Of a stretch of DNA of 64,000 nucleotides, positions 28,470 through 37,918 are shown one piece after another. The DNA comes from an uncultured bacterium (GTDB lineage Bacteria; Omnitrophota; Omnitrophia; Omnitrophales; Aquincolibacteriaceae). The translations under genes were made by a program, and so were the position numbers. Location: the NCBI GenBank assembly GCA_964606385.1, contig CAZSFZ010000008.1, positions 3,961 through 67,960 of the forward strand, in the 5' to 3' direction. Under the pieces are notes generated by a model. That model did not search any database. It was not told the origin of the DNA and saw only the letters and a program-made list of their open reading frames with translations. Position 1 is the first letter of the stretch. Every line of letters begins with the position of its first letter.

Positions 28470-29165
28470 ATGAAAAAACTGCTTTTATTCGATATCGACG
28501 GAACACTTCTCCTCACCGGAGGCGCCGGGAAAATCGCTTTCGAAGAGGCGTTTGAGGAGATCTTTGAGATCCCGGATGTCTGGCGCGACCTCGATCCTCA
28601 CGGGAAAACCGATCCCGCCATTTTTGATGAAGTTGCCCTGCGGGAACTCGGCCGTTTGCTCACCCCGGGAGAATTTGATCTCCTGATGGAACGCTACGAA
28701 GAGATCTTCGAAGAACGGATCAAGGAATCCCCCCGCTTCGAGCTCATGCCCGGCGTGATCGAGATCCTGGAGCATCTTTCCCGCGACCGGGATATTTTCC
28801 TGGCCCTTGCCACGGGGAATTTTGAAGGCGCCGGGCGCATGAAACTCAAGCGCGGCGCTATCGAACATTATTTTCGCGCCGGGGGCTTCGGCAACGACGC
28901 TCGCGAACGCCACAAGATCCTTATAGCGGCCATCGCCTACTCCGAAGAACTTGCCCATAAGAACTTTAAGAAAGAGGATGTTTTCGTCATCGGGGATACC
29001 GAATACGATATTGCCGCCGCCAAAAAAGCCGGGGTGCGAAGCATTGCCGTGCTCACGAATGGCCGAACCCCCAAACACTTCGAGCAGGACCCACCGGATC
29101 ACATCCTTAAAGATCTCACCAACATCAAGGCCTTCATGGCCTGCCTCAATGGCTCTTCAGAGTGA
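28470..29165 (+). CDS. HAD-superfamily hydrolase (phosphoglycolate phosphatase-like)
   Basis: 231-aa ORF with HAD motif I (FDIDGTLL) and a later GD...D motif. Confidence 0.85.
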   Translation: MKKLLLFDIDGTLLLTGGAGKIAFEEAFEEIFEIPDVWRDLDPHGKTDPAIFDEVALRELGRLLTPGEFDLLMERYEEIFEERIKESPRFELMPGVIEILEHLSRDRDIFLALATGNFEGAGRMKLKRGAIEHYFRAGGFGNDARERHKILIAAIAYSEELAHKNFKKEDVFVIGDTEYDIAAAKKAGVRSIAVLTNGRTPKHFEQDPPDHILKDLTNIKAFMACLNGSSE

Positions 29166-29837
29166 ATTACGCTCCGAAAAGCTGAAGTACTGGTTTTCCC
29201 CGATAATGATGTGGTCCAGGATCCGGACGGAAATGGTCTGACAGGCCGCTTTGATCTTTTGCGTGATCTCATAATCCTCCCGGCTTGGTTCGACTTTCCC
29301 CGACGGATGATTATGGACCAACACCAGATTGGAAGCGTGAAATTCAAGGGCGGCCTTGACGATCTCCCGAGGATGGACCGCCGCCTCATCGATCGTTCCG
29401 TAAAAAAGATCCCGTTCCCCCAAAATACGGAGCGCCTTATCCAGAAAAAGGACTTTGAATATCTCTCTTTTCTGGTCCCGTAAGGCGGCGGAAAGATAAT
29501 CCGTCACCGCCTGCGGGCTTCTCACAAAATTCTGCCCGATCATCTTCTCCCGGAGCTGCCGGAGACCGATCTCCCGGACCGCCAGGATCATGCAAGCCTT
29601 GGCGGGTCCCAAACCTTTCACGCTCTGAAACACCGCCGGGGTTTGAGAAAGGATCCCCCTTAAGCCGCCAAACCGGACAAGCAGGTCCCGCGAAAAAGTG
29701 ACCACATCCTGACCCCGGGTTCCTTTCCCAAAAAGGACCGCCAAGAGCTCCGCGTCGGACAGCACGTGAGCCCCCTTCTGCATCATCTTTTCCCTCGGCC
29801 TTTCCGCCTCAGGCCAATCACGAATGCTTTTGATCAT
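29157..29837 (-). CDS. radC: RadC-family JAB/MPN domain protein
   Basis: 226-aa ORF with an HhH N-terminus and a JAMM motif (HNHPSG). Confidence 0.88.
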   Translation of the reverse strand: MIKSIRDWPEAERPREKMMQKGAHVLSDAELLAVLFGKGTRGQDVVTFSRDLLVRFGGLRGILSQTPAVFQSVKGLGPAKACMILAVREIGLRQLREKMIGQNFVRSPQAVTDYLSAALRDQKREIFKVLFLDKALRILGERDLFYGTIDEAAVHPREIVKAALEFHASNLVLVHNHPSGKVEPSREDYEITQKIKAACQTISVRILDHIIIGENQYFSFSERNSL

Positions 29838-29839
29838 GA

Positions 29840-29871
29840 GGTTATGATATTAATATTATGAATAAAATCAA
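29840..29871 (-). promoter_or_regulatory. sigma70-like promoter (TTGATT-16 nt-TATCAT) placing TSS at or next to radC ATG (possible leaderless mRNA)
   Basis: Reverse complement of 29840-29871 reads TTGATTttattcataatattaaTATCATaacc, followed by tcATG. There is no SD. Confidence 0.45.
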
Positions 29872-29962
29872 TAACTTATTTTAATATTCAAATCGAATAC
29901 TATTGCCAGTCAGATTTTCTGTAAGGAAAAACATGAGGCTTTCTACAAAAGGAAGGGCTGGA

Positions 29963-31273
29963 TCAGCGCCGCGACTGCGTCGTTATTTGCCGCTGGGTCT
30001 CGGCGATCGCTTCGTCAAGATAGCGGTATTTCCGGGAAGACACCTTTTTTGCTTTTTGGAATGCTCCCAAAGCGACCTCCGGTTGATTTAAATTCCGATA
30101 GATACATCCCAAAGTCCAATAGGCCATGTAATTATGGGGATCCACGTTTAGAGCCTCATCGACCAGTTTTTTCGCCTGGGAATAATCTTCGAGCTGATTG
30201 TGGGCATAGGCCAGCTCGATCAGGAGAACGGGATCCGAAAAACCCCTCGAGCGTTTTTGTCCCTGTTCAAGCGTCAGGCGGTATTGATTCAAAGCTTCCG
30301 AGACACGTCCTTGCTTCCTGTAAATATCTCCCAGATCGTTATGAACATTCGGATAGTCCTCCCTGAGGCGTATCACGTTCAAAAATTCGTTAGCCGCCTT
30401 TTCCAACATGCCCTGATCTCTATAAACCGCGGCTAGATTGTGCAGCCGTTCCACATTGTTGGGGTCAGACGCATAAGCTTTTTCAAGATAGGGTATCGCC
30501 TGACCATACCGTTCAAGGTTCATATAGGCCAAGCCAAGGTTATTACATACCGCCGGATCACTTGGATGGATCGATAAGGCGGTCTTGTAACGCTCAATGG
30601 ATAATTCGAAATTATTGTTCCCGAAATAAAGATCTCCCAGTGCGCTATGGGCTAAATAGAACTTGGGATCAATGCGTATCGCGGCAAGCAAATGATTTTG
30701 GACTTGATCATATTCCAATTCTTCATCATAGGATAACGCCGTCAGATAATGCATTTGCGCCGAATCAGGATCGGCGGCGATAGCATCGTTGAACAGCTTT
30801 TGCGCCTTCAATTTGTCACCCGCTTGGAAAGCGCTCACCCCCTCTTCCTGAAAATAAGCGGCAGAAGCCTCTTGCTTCATTTTTATGATCTCTGGATTAT
30901 CAGGAATTGCCGCATCTGCTCTCTGCAACAGGTCCATCGATTCCTTTAAAGCGCCTCTTTCCAGATAGAGATCTGCCAGCTCTAAATATGCCCGAACAAA
31001 CTTCGGGTCCCTTTCAAGCGTCTTTTTATATTCTTCCACTGCCTGAGCCTTTAAGTCTTCATCCATATAGGAATTTGCCAAGACGTAATGGGCAGAAGCC
31101 AGAGGGATCACTTTGAATATCTCCCGTGTCACCTCCACACACTTTTTATGCCATGGATGAGTATTTCGCTCAGCCAAAGACATTTCATGGAATTCGAGCC
31201 AGATCTTCTGGCCCCAAAAAAGAATTCCCAAGAGGGCCGCCACAAGAACAAGGGTTCTGAGGATTTTTTTCAT
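29963..31273 (-). CDS. TPR-repeat protein with N-terminal signal/anchor
   Basis: Multiple TPR units (AY..LG..Y...G....A). Start taken at MKKILRTL, forming an ATGA overlap with the tsaE stop. The longer ORF reaches 31372. Confidence 0.8.
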   Translation of the reverse strand: MKKILRTLVLVAALLGILFWGQKIWLEFHEMSLAERNTHPWHKKCVEVTREIFKVIPLASAHYVLANSYMDEDLKAQAVEEYKKTLERDPKFVRAYLELADLYLERGALKESMDLLQRADAAIPDNPEIIKMKQEASAAYFQEEGVSAFQAGDKLKAQKLFNDAIAADPDSAQMHYLTALSYDEELEYDQVQNHLLAAIRIDPKFYLAHSALGDLYFGNNNFELSIERYKTALSIHPSDPAVCNNLGLAYMNLERYGQAIPYLEKAYASDPNNVERLHNLAAVYRDQGMLEKAANEFLNVIRLREDYPNVHNDLGDIYRKQGRVSEALNQYRLTLEQGQKRSRGFSDPVLLIELAYAHNQLEDYSQAKKLVDEALNVDPHNYMAYWTLGCIYRNLNQPEVALGAFQKAKKVSSRKYRYLDEAIAETQRQITTQSRR

Positions 31274-31701
31274 AGGGACACCCCCGTGATCCGCCTTTGC
31301 AGAATATCCAGAATCTCGAAACGGATATGGCGGGCATGAGGCGGGATGAGATGTTTGGCCTTCTCCGCCCATTCGACACAGGTGATCGCGGCGGGATCAT
31401 TCACGAAATCCTCGAACCCGATATTTTCCAGCTCCTCCGTGGAATCGAGCCTGTAGCAATCAAAATGATAAAGTGGAACTTTGGATCTATAGACATGCAT
31501 CAGAACGAATGTCGGGCTTTTCACCTGTTCGGGATTTTTCAATCCCAATCCCCCTGCAAGACCTTTAATAAAAGTGGTTTTCCCGCTGCCTAATTGCCCT
31601 TCCAGGCAGAGCACGGAACCGGGCTTCAATCTTTTGGCGAATTTCTTGGCGAGATCGATCGTTTCCTGGACCGACGAGGTAACAACGGTTTTATTTTTCA
31701 T
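31270..31701 (-). CDS. tsaE: tRNA threonylcarbamoyladenosine biosynthesis protein TsaE
   Basis: 143-aa ORF with the P-loop GQLGSGKTTF. Confidence 0.88.
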   Translation of the reverse strand: MKNKTVVTSSVQETIDLAKKFAKRLKPGSVLCLEGQLGSGKTTFIKGLAGGLGLKNPEQVKSPTFVLMHVYRSKVPLYHFDCYRLDSTEELENIGFEDFVNDPAAITCVEWAEKAKHLIPPHARHIRFEILDILQRRITGVSL

Positions 31702-31702
31702 C

Positions 31703-32635
31703 TTAAAAATGCGAGTATCCGGTTTTTGACAGTTTAGGCGCTAAAACAGTTCTCCCCTTTTTCATCCATCGGATCACAGGCTTCTTCCCCTCGATTTTGC
31801 CAATCCAAGAAAGCGGCACCTTAGAAAATCGCTTCTTCCAGGCTCTTTCAAGCATAAGCTTTTGTCGTAATGAAACCGTAAATAAAAGCTCAAAATCCTC
31901 ACCATCAGAAAGCGCTCGTTTTAACGCCTGGGCACTATTGCCTCGCGAAAGCTTTTTTGCGTCTGAGGAAACCGGTATTTTGTCCAGATCCAGGACAGCT
32001 CCAACTTTCGAGGCCTGGAGAATATGCATGAAATCCTGAACAAGTCCGTCTGAAATATCGATCATGGAATTCACGAATTTGCCGCCGGCAAGAAATTCGC
32101 CTTCCTTTACACGCGGCGAAAAATCATAGTGCTTCCGAAGGATCGATCCTCCTAGCGTCCCCGTCACCCCAATCCAATCCCCTACTTTTGCTCCGGCGCG
32201 GGCAATAACTTGATGCGGCCTGGCCTCGCCAAAGATCGCCACGCTTGCGAAGAATTCCTTGGATGTTGAAAAATCACCGCCAACACATGCAACGCCATAT
32301 TCCCTCGCAATCTTCAGCAGACCGTCGTAAAAACGCTTCAACCAAGCGGTCGAAATATATTTAGGCTTTCCGATCGTGATCACGAACGCCGTAGGCTTGG
32401 CGCCCATCGCCGCAAGGTCACTTAGATTGATCGTGAGGGCTTTTCGAGCGATCTTTTCGGGGGACAACTTTTTTAAGACAAAATCTACACCCTCGACGAT
32501 TACATCCGTCGACACGACCAGATGCCTTTTTTTTGCGATGCTTAGCACCGCCGCATCATCCCCGATCCCAACCGAAACCTGTCTGCTACTGGAGATTTTC
32601 TTTTTTAGATAATCGATAAACGAAAATTCGTTCAT
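31703..32635 (-). CDS. thiL: thiamine-monophosphate kinase
   Basis: 310-aa AIR-synthase-related fold (GIGDDAAV...STD.IVEGVDF). Confidence 0.85.
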   Translation of the reverse strand: MNEFSFIDYLKKKISSSRQVSVGIGDDAAVLSIAKKRHLVVSTDVIVEGVDFVLKKLSPEKIARKALTINLSDLAAMGAKPTAFVITIGKPKYISTAWLKRFYDGLLKIAREYGVACVGGDFSTSKEFFASVAIFGEARPHQVIARAGAKVGDWIGVTGTLGGSILRKHYDFSPRVKEGEFLAGGKFVNSMIDISDGLVQDFMHILQASKVGAVLDLDKIPVSSDAKKLSRGNSAQALKRALSDGEDFELLFTVSLRQKLMLERAWKKRFSKVPLSWIGKIEGKKPVIRWMKKGRTVLAPKLSKTGYSHF

Positions 32636-32721
32636 TGTTTTTATCCGCGCATATTTTTTTCATAAAAACCATGCGAACAGACTGAACACTTTGCAATGCA
32701 TACCAAACAAAATTATGCGGA

Positions 32722-32988
32722 CTAGACCTTCCCTGAGAACTCATCCAAAAATGACCGCAGCCATCCTTTGCCTTTTTCCGAGGGAATTTCATCTAATGCT
32801 TTCCGGTACTGCCACAAATCCCAAACCAAAAGAAGCATAGAACCCACAAAAAGCAACCACCACCATGACAGACGCGAACGAAAAAGGCTAAAAATTAGCA
32901 TTCCTCCCGTTCCCAAAACAAGACCCAAAGCATAAAGCGCGAGCGCCCAATAAAAACTTTTTTTCTCTGCTGGTTTGCTTTTGTTCAT
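32722..32988 (-). CDS. small membrane protein (88 aa, two TM helices)
   Basis: Hydrophobic ORF in the gap between thiL and mtnA. No domain recognised. Confidence 0.45.
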   Translation of the reverse strand: MNKSKPAEKKSFYWALALYALGLVLGTGGMLIFSLFRSRLSWWWLLFVGSMLLLVWDLWQYRKALDEIPSEKGKGWLRSFLDEFSGKV

Positions 32989-33017
32989 ATTTCTTGGTTT
33001 ACCGTGAAAATTACTCT

Positions 33018-34079
33018 TTACGCTTCGAGAAGTTTTTTTATCTTTTTAATCGACCCCTTAAATGGCAGCTTCAGAACACCAGCTTCGGTGATGATGCCGG
33101 AGATGTATTGGTGCGGCGTCACGTCGAAGGAGGGATTAAAGATCTTCATCCCCTTAGGCGCAAGACGCTTGCCGTTCATCTCGGCCACCTCACAATGCGG
33201 CCGTTCTTCGATCGGGATATCTTTTCCCGTTTTCGCTTTGAGATCAAAAGTCGTACTTGGTGCCGCAATATAAAATGGGATCTTATGCACATGAGCCAAC
33301 ACAGCCACGCCATAAGTACCGATCTTATTGGCCGTATCACCGTTCATCGCGATGCGATCAGCGCCGACCACCACCCCATCGATCTTACCGGCTCGCATAA
33401 GACTCGCTGCCATATTGTCGCAGATCAGGGTCGACGGAATTTTACTTTTGTGAAGTTCCCAGGCCGTGAGGCGCGCACCTTGCAGGAGCGGACGCGTTTC
33501 ATCCGCGTAAACAAAGAACGGGATTCTTTTTTCTTTCATCGCGTAAAATACGGCAAGTGCCGTTCCGTATCCCGAAGTCGCCAACCCGCCGGCATTGCAA
33601 TGGGTCAGGATGCGCGAACCCGGCTTAAAAAGCTTCGCGCCATATTGCCCGATCTTCCGGCATATCCGGATATCGTCCTCATGGATCGATATGGCTTCCT
33701 GAAGAACAAGCTTCTTCAGATGCGAGACTTCTTTATCACGATGCATGGCGGTGCAGGCCAGGATCCTTTCCAGCGCATAGGCAAGATTGCGAGCCGTCGG
33801 CCGCGATGAATCAAGGTATTGAGATTCCGAAAGAAGTTTCTGAAAAAAGGCGTGTCGGTTCCCCCGGAATGAATGGATCCCGAGATAAAGGCCATAACCG
33901 GCCGCAATGCCGATCGCGGGTGCTCCCCGTACGACCATGGTCCGGATCGCTTTCCAAACAGCTTGGGAACTCCGGCACGGAACCCAAATTTCACAGGTAG
34001 GCAGTTTCCTCTGGTCTAAGAGGTAAAGGGTGTTTTTTGAGAAACGAATCGGCGAAAAAGGGACTTTTAGTTTTGTCAT
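33018..34079 (-). CDS. mtnA: S-methyl-5-thioribose-1-phosphate isomerase (eIF-2B alpha/beta/delta family)
   Basis: 353-aa ORF with VVRGAPAIGIAAGYG and TRPLLQGARLTAWEL motifs. Confidence 0.85.
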   Translation of the reverse strand: MTKLKVPFSPIRFSKNTLYLLDQRKLPTCEIWVPCRSSQAVWKAIRTMVVRGAPAIGIAAGYGLYLGIHSFRGNRHAFFQKLLSESQYLDSSRPTARNLAYALERILACTAMHRDKEVSHLKKLVLQEAISIHEDDIRICRKIGQYGAKLFKPGSRILTHCNAGGLATSGYGTALAVFYAMKEKRIPFFVYADETRPLLQGARLTAWELHKSKIPSTLICDNMAASLMRAGKIDGVVVGADRIAMNGDTANKIGTYGVAVLAHVHKIPFYIAAPSTTFDLKAKTGKDIPIEERPHCEVAEMNGKRLAPKGMKIFNPSFDVTPHQYISGIITEAGVLKLPFKGSIKKIKKLLEA

Positions 34080-34157
34080 AGAGGCTCCGGGTGAATTAGA
34101 TGATGCCGTATGATAGGCCCACGAAAGCTATCGAACAACAAAAACAAAGGATCGTCT

Positions 34158-34928
34158 TTATTTCATTCCAAAAAGAGCGCGGGCATTGGACGTGGTCAGA
34201 TCCGCGACCTGTTCTAAACTCATGCCCTGGAGCTTCGCGGCACATTCCGCCGTCTCGACCATATAAAGAGGTTCATTGCGCTTTCCGCGCACCGATTGGG
34301 GCGCAAGATAAGGGCCGTCGGTTTCAAGAAGAAGCCGATCTTTAGGACAAGCAGCGCAGGCCTCGCGCAGCGCATCGTTCTTTTTGTAGGTCAGGGCCCC
34401 GCCAAACGCCACATAAAAACCGAGTTCAAGAAATTGTTTCATTGTTTCCGCATTCGAGGAAAAACAGTGCAATGCGCCGCGGTAGGGCACATTCGAAAAA
34501 TCTTTGAGAATCCGCGACAGATCGTCGTACGCGTCACGACAGTGGATGATGATCGGTTTCTTGTATTGCCGGTACCATTCAAGAAAGATCTGCAGCAATT
34601 TTTGCTGCACATCCCGCGGCGAATGGTCATGAAAATAATCCAGGCCGACCTCCCCGATGGCCAACACTCTGGGATGCTGGAGAAGCTTTTCAAGCTCTAA
34701 AAGATCCCCGGCATTTGCAGCCTTGGTTTCATGAGGGTGATAACCGATCGCGGCATAAACTTCCGGATATTGCTCCGCGACAGCGATCGCTTTCCGGGAA
34801 TCCTCTAGATCGGTGCCGATATTCAAAAAACGCGTGATCCCGCCCTTAATCGCCCGCTGAATGACCTCGGAAAGATCCGCTTCATAGGGAGGGAAATGCA
34901 GGTGGATGTGGGTGTCCGTGAGGTTCAT
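34158..34928 (-). CDS. tatD: TatD-family metal-dependent deoxyribonuclease
   Basis: 256-aa ORF with DTHIHL and GEVGLD motifs. Confidence 0.88.
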   Translation of the reverse strand: MNLTDTHIHLHFPPYEADLSEVIQRAIKGGITRFLNIGTDLEDSRKAIAVAEQYPEVYAAIGYHPHETKAANAGDLLELEKLLQHPRVLAIGEVGLDYFHDHSPRDVQQKLLQIFLEWYRQYKKPIIIHCRDAYDDLSRILKDFSNVPYRGALHCFSSNAETMKQFLELGFYVAFGGALTYKKNDALREACAACPKDRLLLETDGPYLAPQSVRGKRNEPLYMVETAECAAKLQGMSLEQVADLTTSNARALFGMK

Positions 34929-36454
34929 GACACCTTCTCATCGAGGCGCGGGAAAAGCGGATCTCCTTTTTCAATAGCGGTGCCCGGCACAACGAGGGTT
35001 TTGCCGAACTCCGCGGCCGTACATACTTTTTCAGGAGCCTTGATCTTTAATCTCGTCAGGATCTTCGCGGCGGTATCCGGCATGAAGGCTTGAAGCAGGA
35101 CCGCGGCATGCGCGACGCTATCAGCCAGATTAAAAAGCACGTCCCCGAGTTCTTCTTTTTTTGACGGATCTTTGGCAAGCGCCCAGGGTTTTGTTTCTTC
35201 GACAAATTGGTTGGCCCGCGTAATGACCGCCCAGATCTTCGCAACGGCCTCGCGAGGCTCATAATTTATAACCGCTTGAGAAACGCCCTCCCATAACTCG
35301 AGCGGCGCATAAAAACGATGGGGTTTTATCCCCTGCGGAATCTTCCCTTCGAAATATTTCTCGATCATGGAAGCGGTCCGGTGCCATAGATTCCCGAGGC
35401 CGTTCGCGAGATCGCTCGAATAGCGTTCGACCAAAAGATCTTCCGAATAAGTCCCATCCAGCCCAAGCGTTACTTCATTCAGGAGAAAATAGCGCAAGAC
35501 ATCGCTTGAGTATTTTTGAACGATCGCGATCGGGTCCACGACATTCCCGGCTGACTTCGACATCTTCGCCCCGCCGATCCGCCACCATCCGTGCGCGAAC
35601 ACAAGCCTCGGCATCTCGACTCCCATAGCTTTAAGCATGATGGGCCAGAACACGGCATGCTGGCGCAAAATATCTTTCCCGACAAGATGGAGGTCCGCAG
35701 GCCAAAGCGATTTGAATTTCTTTTCGTCTATAAGATAACCGGCTCCCGTGATGTAATTGAGGAGCGCGTCAAACCAGACATAGATCACATGGTCTTTCGA
35801 TCCAGGGTATTCGATCCCCCACGTAAGGCGCGCTTTAGGACGCGTGATACAAAGGTCCTCGAGCGGTTCTTTCAGGAATCCGAGCACCTCATTCTTGCGG
35901 TATTCCGGCCGGATAAAATCCGGGTGTTGGTGGATATAATCGATGAGCCACTGCTGGTAAGTGGACATCTTGAAGAAATAGTTCTCTTCTTCGAGACGGT
36001 CCACGGCGCGGCCGCAATCGGGACATTTCCCTTCCCTGAGCTGCAATTCCGTCCAAAACGATTCGCAGGGCGTGCAATACCAGCCGTGATAGGAGGCCTT
36101 ATAGATGTCGCCTTTCGCCTCGAGCTCACTTAAAACTTTTTGGACCGTTTTTTTATGGTAATCATCCGTCGTGCGGATGAAATGGTCGTATTGGATCCCG
36201 AGAACACGCCAAAGCTCCTTGAACTGCGGCACGATCTCATCCACGAAGGCCTTCGGGTCCTTCCCCTGCTCCAATGCGGCTTTCTGAACCTTGATCCCGT
36301 GCTCGTCCGTCCCGGTGATATAAAAAACCTTCTCGCCGATCATCCGGTGAAAACGCGCGAACGTGTCGCACAAAATACTCGTATAGGCGTGGCCGATATG
36401 AGGCTTGCCGTTCACATAATAGATCGGCGTGGTCAGGTAGTAGGTCTTGGTCAT
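34925..36454 (-). CDS. metG: methionine--tRNA ligase (short form, no C-terminal tRNA-binding domain)
   Basis: HIGH (KPHIGHAYT), KMSKS, and a Zn knuckle (CTPCESFW...CPDCG). Confidence 0.93.
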   Translation of the reverse strand: MTKTYYLTTPIYYVNGKPHIGHAYTSILCDTFARFHRMIGEKVFYITGTDEHGIKVQKAALEQGKDPKAFVDEIVPQFKELWRVLGIQYDHFIRTTDDYHKKTVQKVLSELEAKGDIYKASYHGWYCTPCESFWTELQLREGKCPDCGRAVDRLEEENYFFKMSTYQQWLIDYIHQHPDFIRPEYRKNEVLGFLKEPLEDLCITRPKARLTWGIEYPGSKDHVIYVWFDALLNYITGAGYLIDEKKFKSLWPADLHLVGKDILRQHAVFWPIMLKAMGVEMPRLVFAHGWWRIGGAKMSKSAGNVVDPIAIVQKYSSDVLRYFLLNEVTLGLDGTYSEDLLVERYSSDLANGLGNLWHRTASMIEKYFEGKIPQGIKPHRFYAPLELWEGVSQAVINYEPREAVAKIWAVITRANQFVEETKPWALAKDPSKKEELGDVLFNLADSVAHAAVLLQAFMPDTAAKILTRLKIKAPEKVCTAAEFGKTLVVPGTAIEKGDPLFPRLDEKVS

Positions 36455-37317
36455 ACAGAAACCGCTTTCTGGGACGGAAAAAGACGCGCGAGCCGTATGG
36501 CTAGCCGCGTCGCCATGAGTTTCTGATTCACGTTCATATCCAGAGCCGCCTTGGAATCATAGAGAAGATCCATGGCATCCAGCCAGCGGTTTGCCTCTTG
36601 AGCATTCGCGTTCTCCGCGGAGGTCAGCTGATAGAGCTTTTCCCTTGTCACAGTCATCAAGCCATCAAGTTTTTGCTTCACTTCATCGCGGGGCAAGGTG
36701 GGATAAGTCTCAAACACCTCACGAACCGGAAGGGCCTCGAGCCTTCCCGCGCCGCTCGAAGCCATGGGGGATGCCATCGGCATCAGGCGGATCTCGAACG
36801 AACGCGACAGGATCGTTTCCAGAAGATTATTTTTATTCTCCGTCAAAAGACAAAAAACCGTTTTCTTGGGCGGCTCTTCAAGCGTTTTTAAAAAAGCGTT
36901 GGCGGCCACCTCCTGCATCCGTTCGGCATTCGGAATGATGCAGATCTTCCAGGAACCTTCGAAAGGTTTCATGCCGGCCCACTGGATCGTTTCGCGGACT
37001 GCTTCGATCTTTATCGACCGCTCGCTGAGGTCCTCGCCAAGCCAACGCACATCCGGATAACCGTGTTTCCATATCCGCTGCAAAAACACCTGATCTTTAG
37101 AATGAAAAAGTTTCGGATCGGCGCTCTCGAGCGCGTAGGCGAATGCGACCGCAAATTCTTCTTTAAGGTCCGCGCTATGACGCTCGCCGCCCATCTCAGC
37201 TGATTCCGCATCCTCACCGCATCCACAGAAAACATAGGAGGACGCGACCCGCCCTTCCCGGATATGGGACTCAAGGATGCGCGCGGCCAGTTTCTGGGTA
37301 TTATTAGCCAAAAACAT
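36451..37317 (-). CDS. holB: DNA polymerase III delta-prime subunit
   Basis: FLKTLEEPP and ILSRS clamp-loader motifs with a degenerate Walker A. Start chosen at MFLANN (GGAAAGG SD), overlapping the tmk end by 14 nt. The longer ORF reaches 37437. Confidence 0.8.
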   Translation of the reverse strand: MFLANNTQKLAARILESHIREGRVASSYVFCGCGEDAESAEMGGERHSADLKEEFAVAFAYALESADPKLFHSKDQVFLQRIWKHGYPDVRWLGEDLSERSIKIEAVRETIQWAGMKPFEGSWKICIIPNAERMQEVAANAFLKTLEEPPKKTVFCLLTENKNNLLETILSRSFEIRLMPMASPMASSGAGRLEALPVREVFETYPTLPRDEVKQKLDGLMTVTREKLYQLTSAENANAQEANRWLDAMDLLYDSKAALDMNVNQKLMATRLAIRLARLFPSQKAVSV

Positions 37318-37918
37318 GCTCAAGCCTTTCCCGGACTTTTTGACTGACCGCTTCCACGGGTTTGCTAGTATCAAGCACGACCATCCGACGCGGCTCCTTT
37401 TTTGCGAGAGCAAGAAATCCGCGCCGCACCCGCTCATGAAAGCTCAAGGCCTCGCACTCGATCCTGTCATGCCGGCCCCCGCGTTTCAGCCCGCGCGTGA
37501 TATCCACATCCAGAACAAACGTCAGATTCGGCTTCAAAGCTCCGCGAACAAGTTTGCTGGCCTCCTCGATCGCTTCGAGAGACAGATTGCGTCCATACCC
37601 CTGGTAGGCACGCGTCGAATCCTCGAACCGGTCGCAAATCACAACTTTTCCTTCCTTGAGCGCCGGTAACACCTTTTCATGAACAAGCTGCGCCCGGGCC
37701 GCGAGATAAAGCATCAGCTCCGTCACTCGCGACATTTCCTTGTTGTTTTTATCGAGCAAAACCGTCCGGATCGCCTCGCTGATAGAAGTCCCGCCCGGTT
37801 CGCGGAGCATTACGACCGAATAGCCTTTCTTTTTCAAAAAACCCACGGCGTTCTTGATCTGAGTGCTCTTCCCCGCCCCTTCCGCGCCCTCAAATGTGAT
37901 GAAGTATCCCTTTTTCAC
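37304..37918 (-). CDS. tmk: thymidylate kinase
   Basis: 204-aa ORF with ITFEGAEGAGKST and an LID region. Confidence 0.92.
   Translation of the reverse strand: MKKGYFITFEGAEGAGKSTQIKNAVGFLKKKGYSVVMLREPGGTSISEAIRTVLLDKNNKEMSRVTELMLYLAARAQLVHEKVLPALKEGKVVICDRFEDSTRAYQGYGRNLSLEAIEEASKLVRGALKPNLTFVLDVDITRGLKRGGRHDRIECEALSFHERVRRGFLALAKKEPRRMVVLDTSKPVEAVSQKVRERLEHVFG

Noticed and set aside
32730-32745. CTGAGA box reminiscent of a TPP (THI-box) riboswitch near thiL
   Set aside because: It is on the wrong strand relative to thiL and lies inside the small membrane-protein ORF. The other THI-element helices are not evident.
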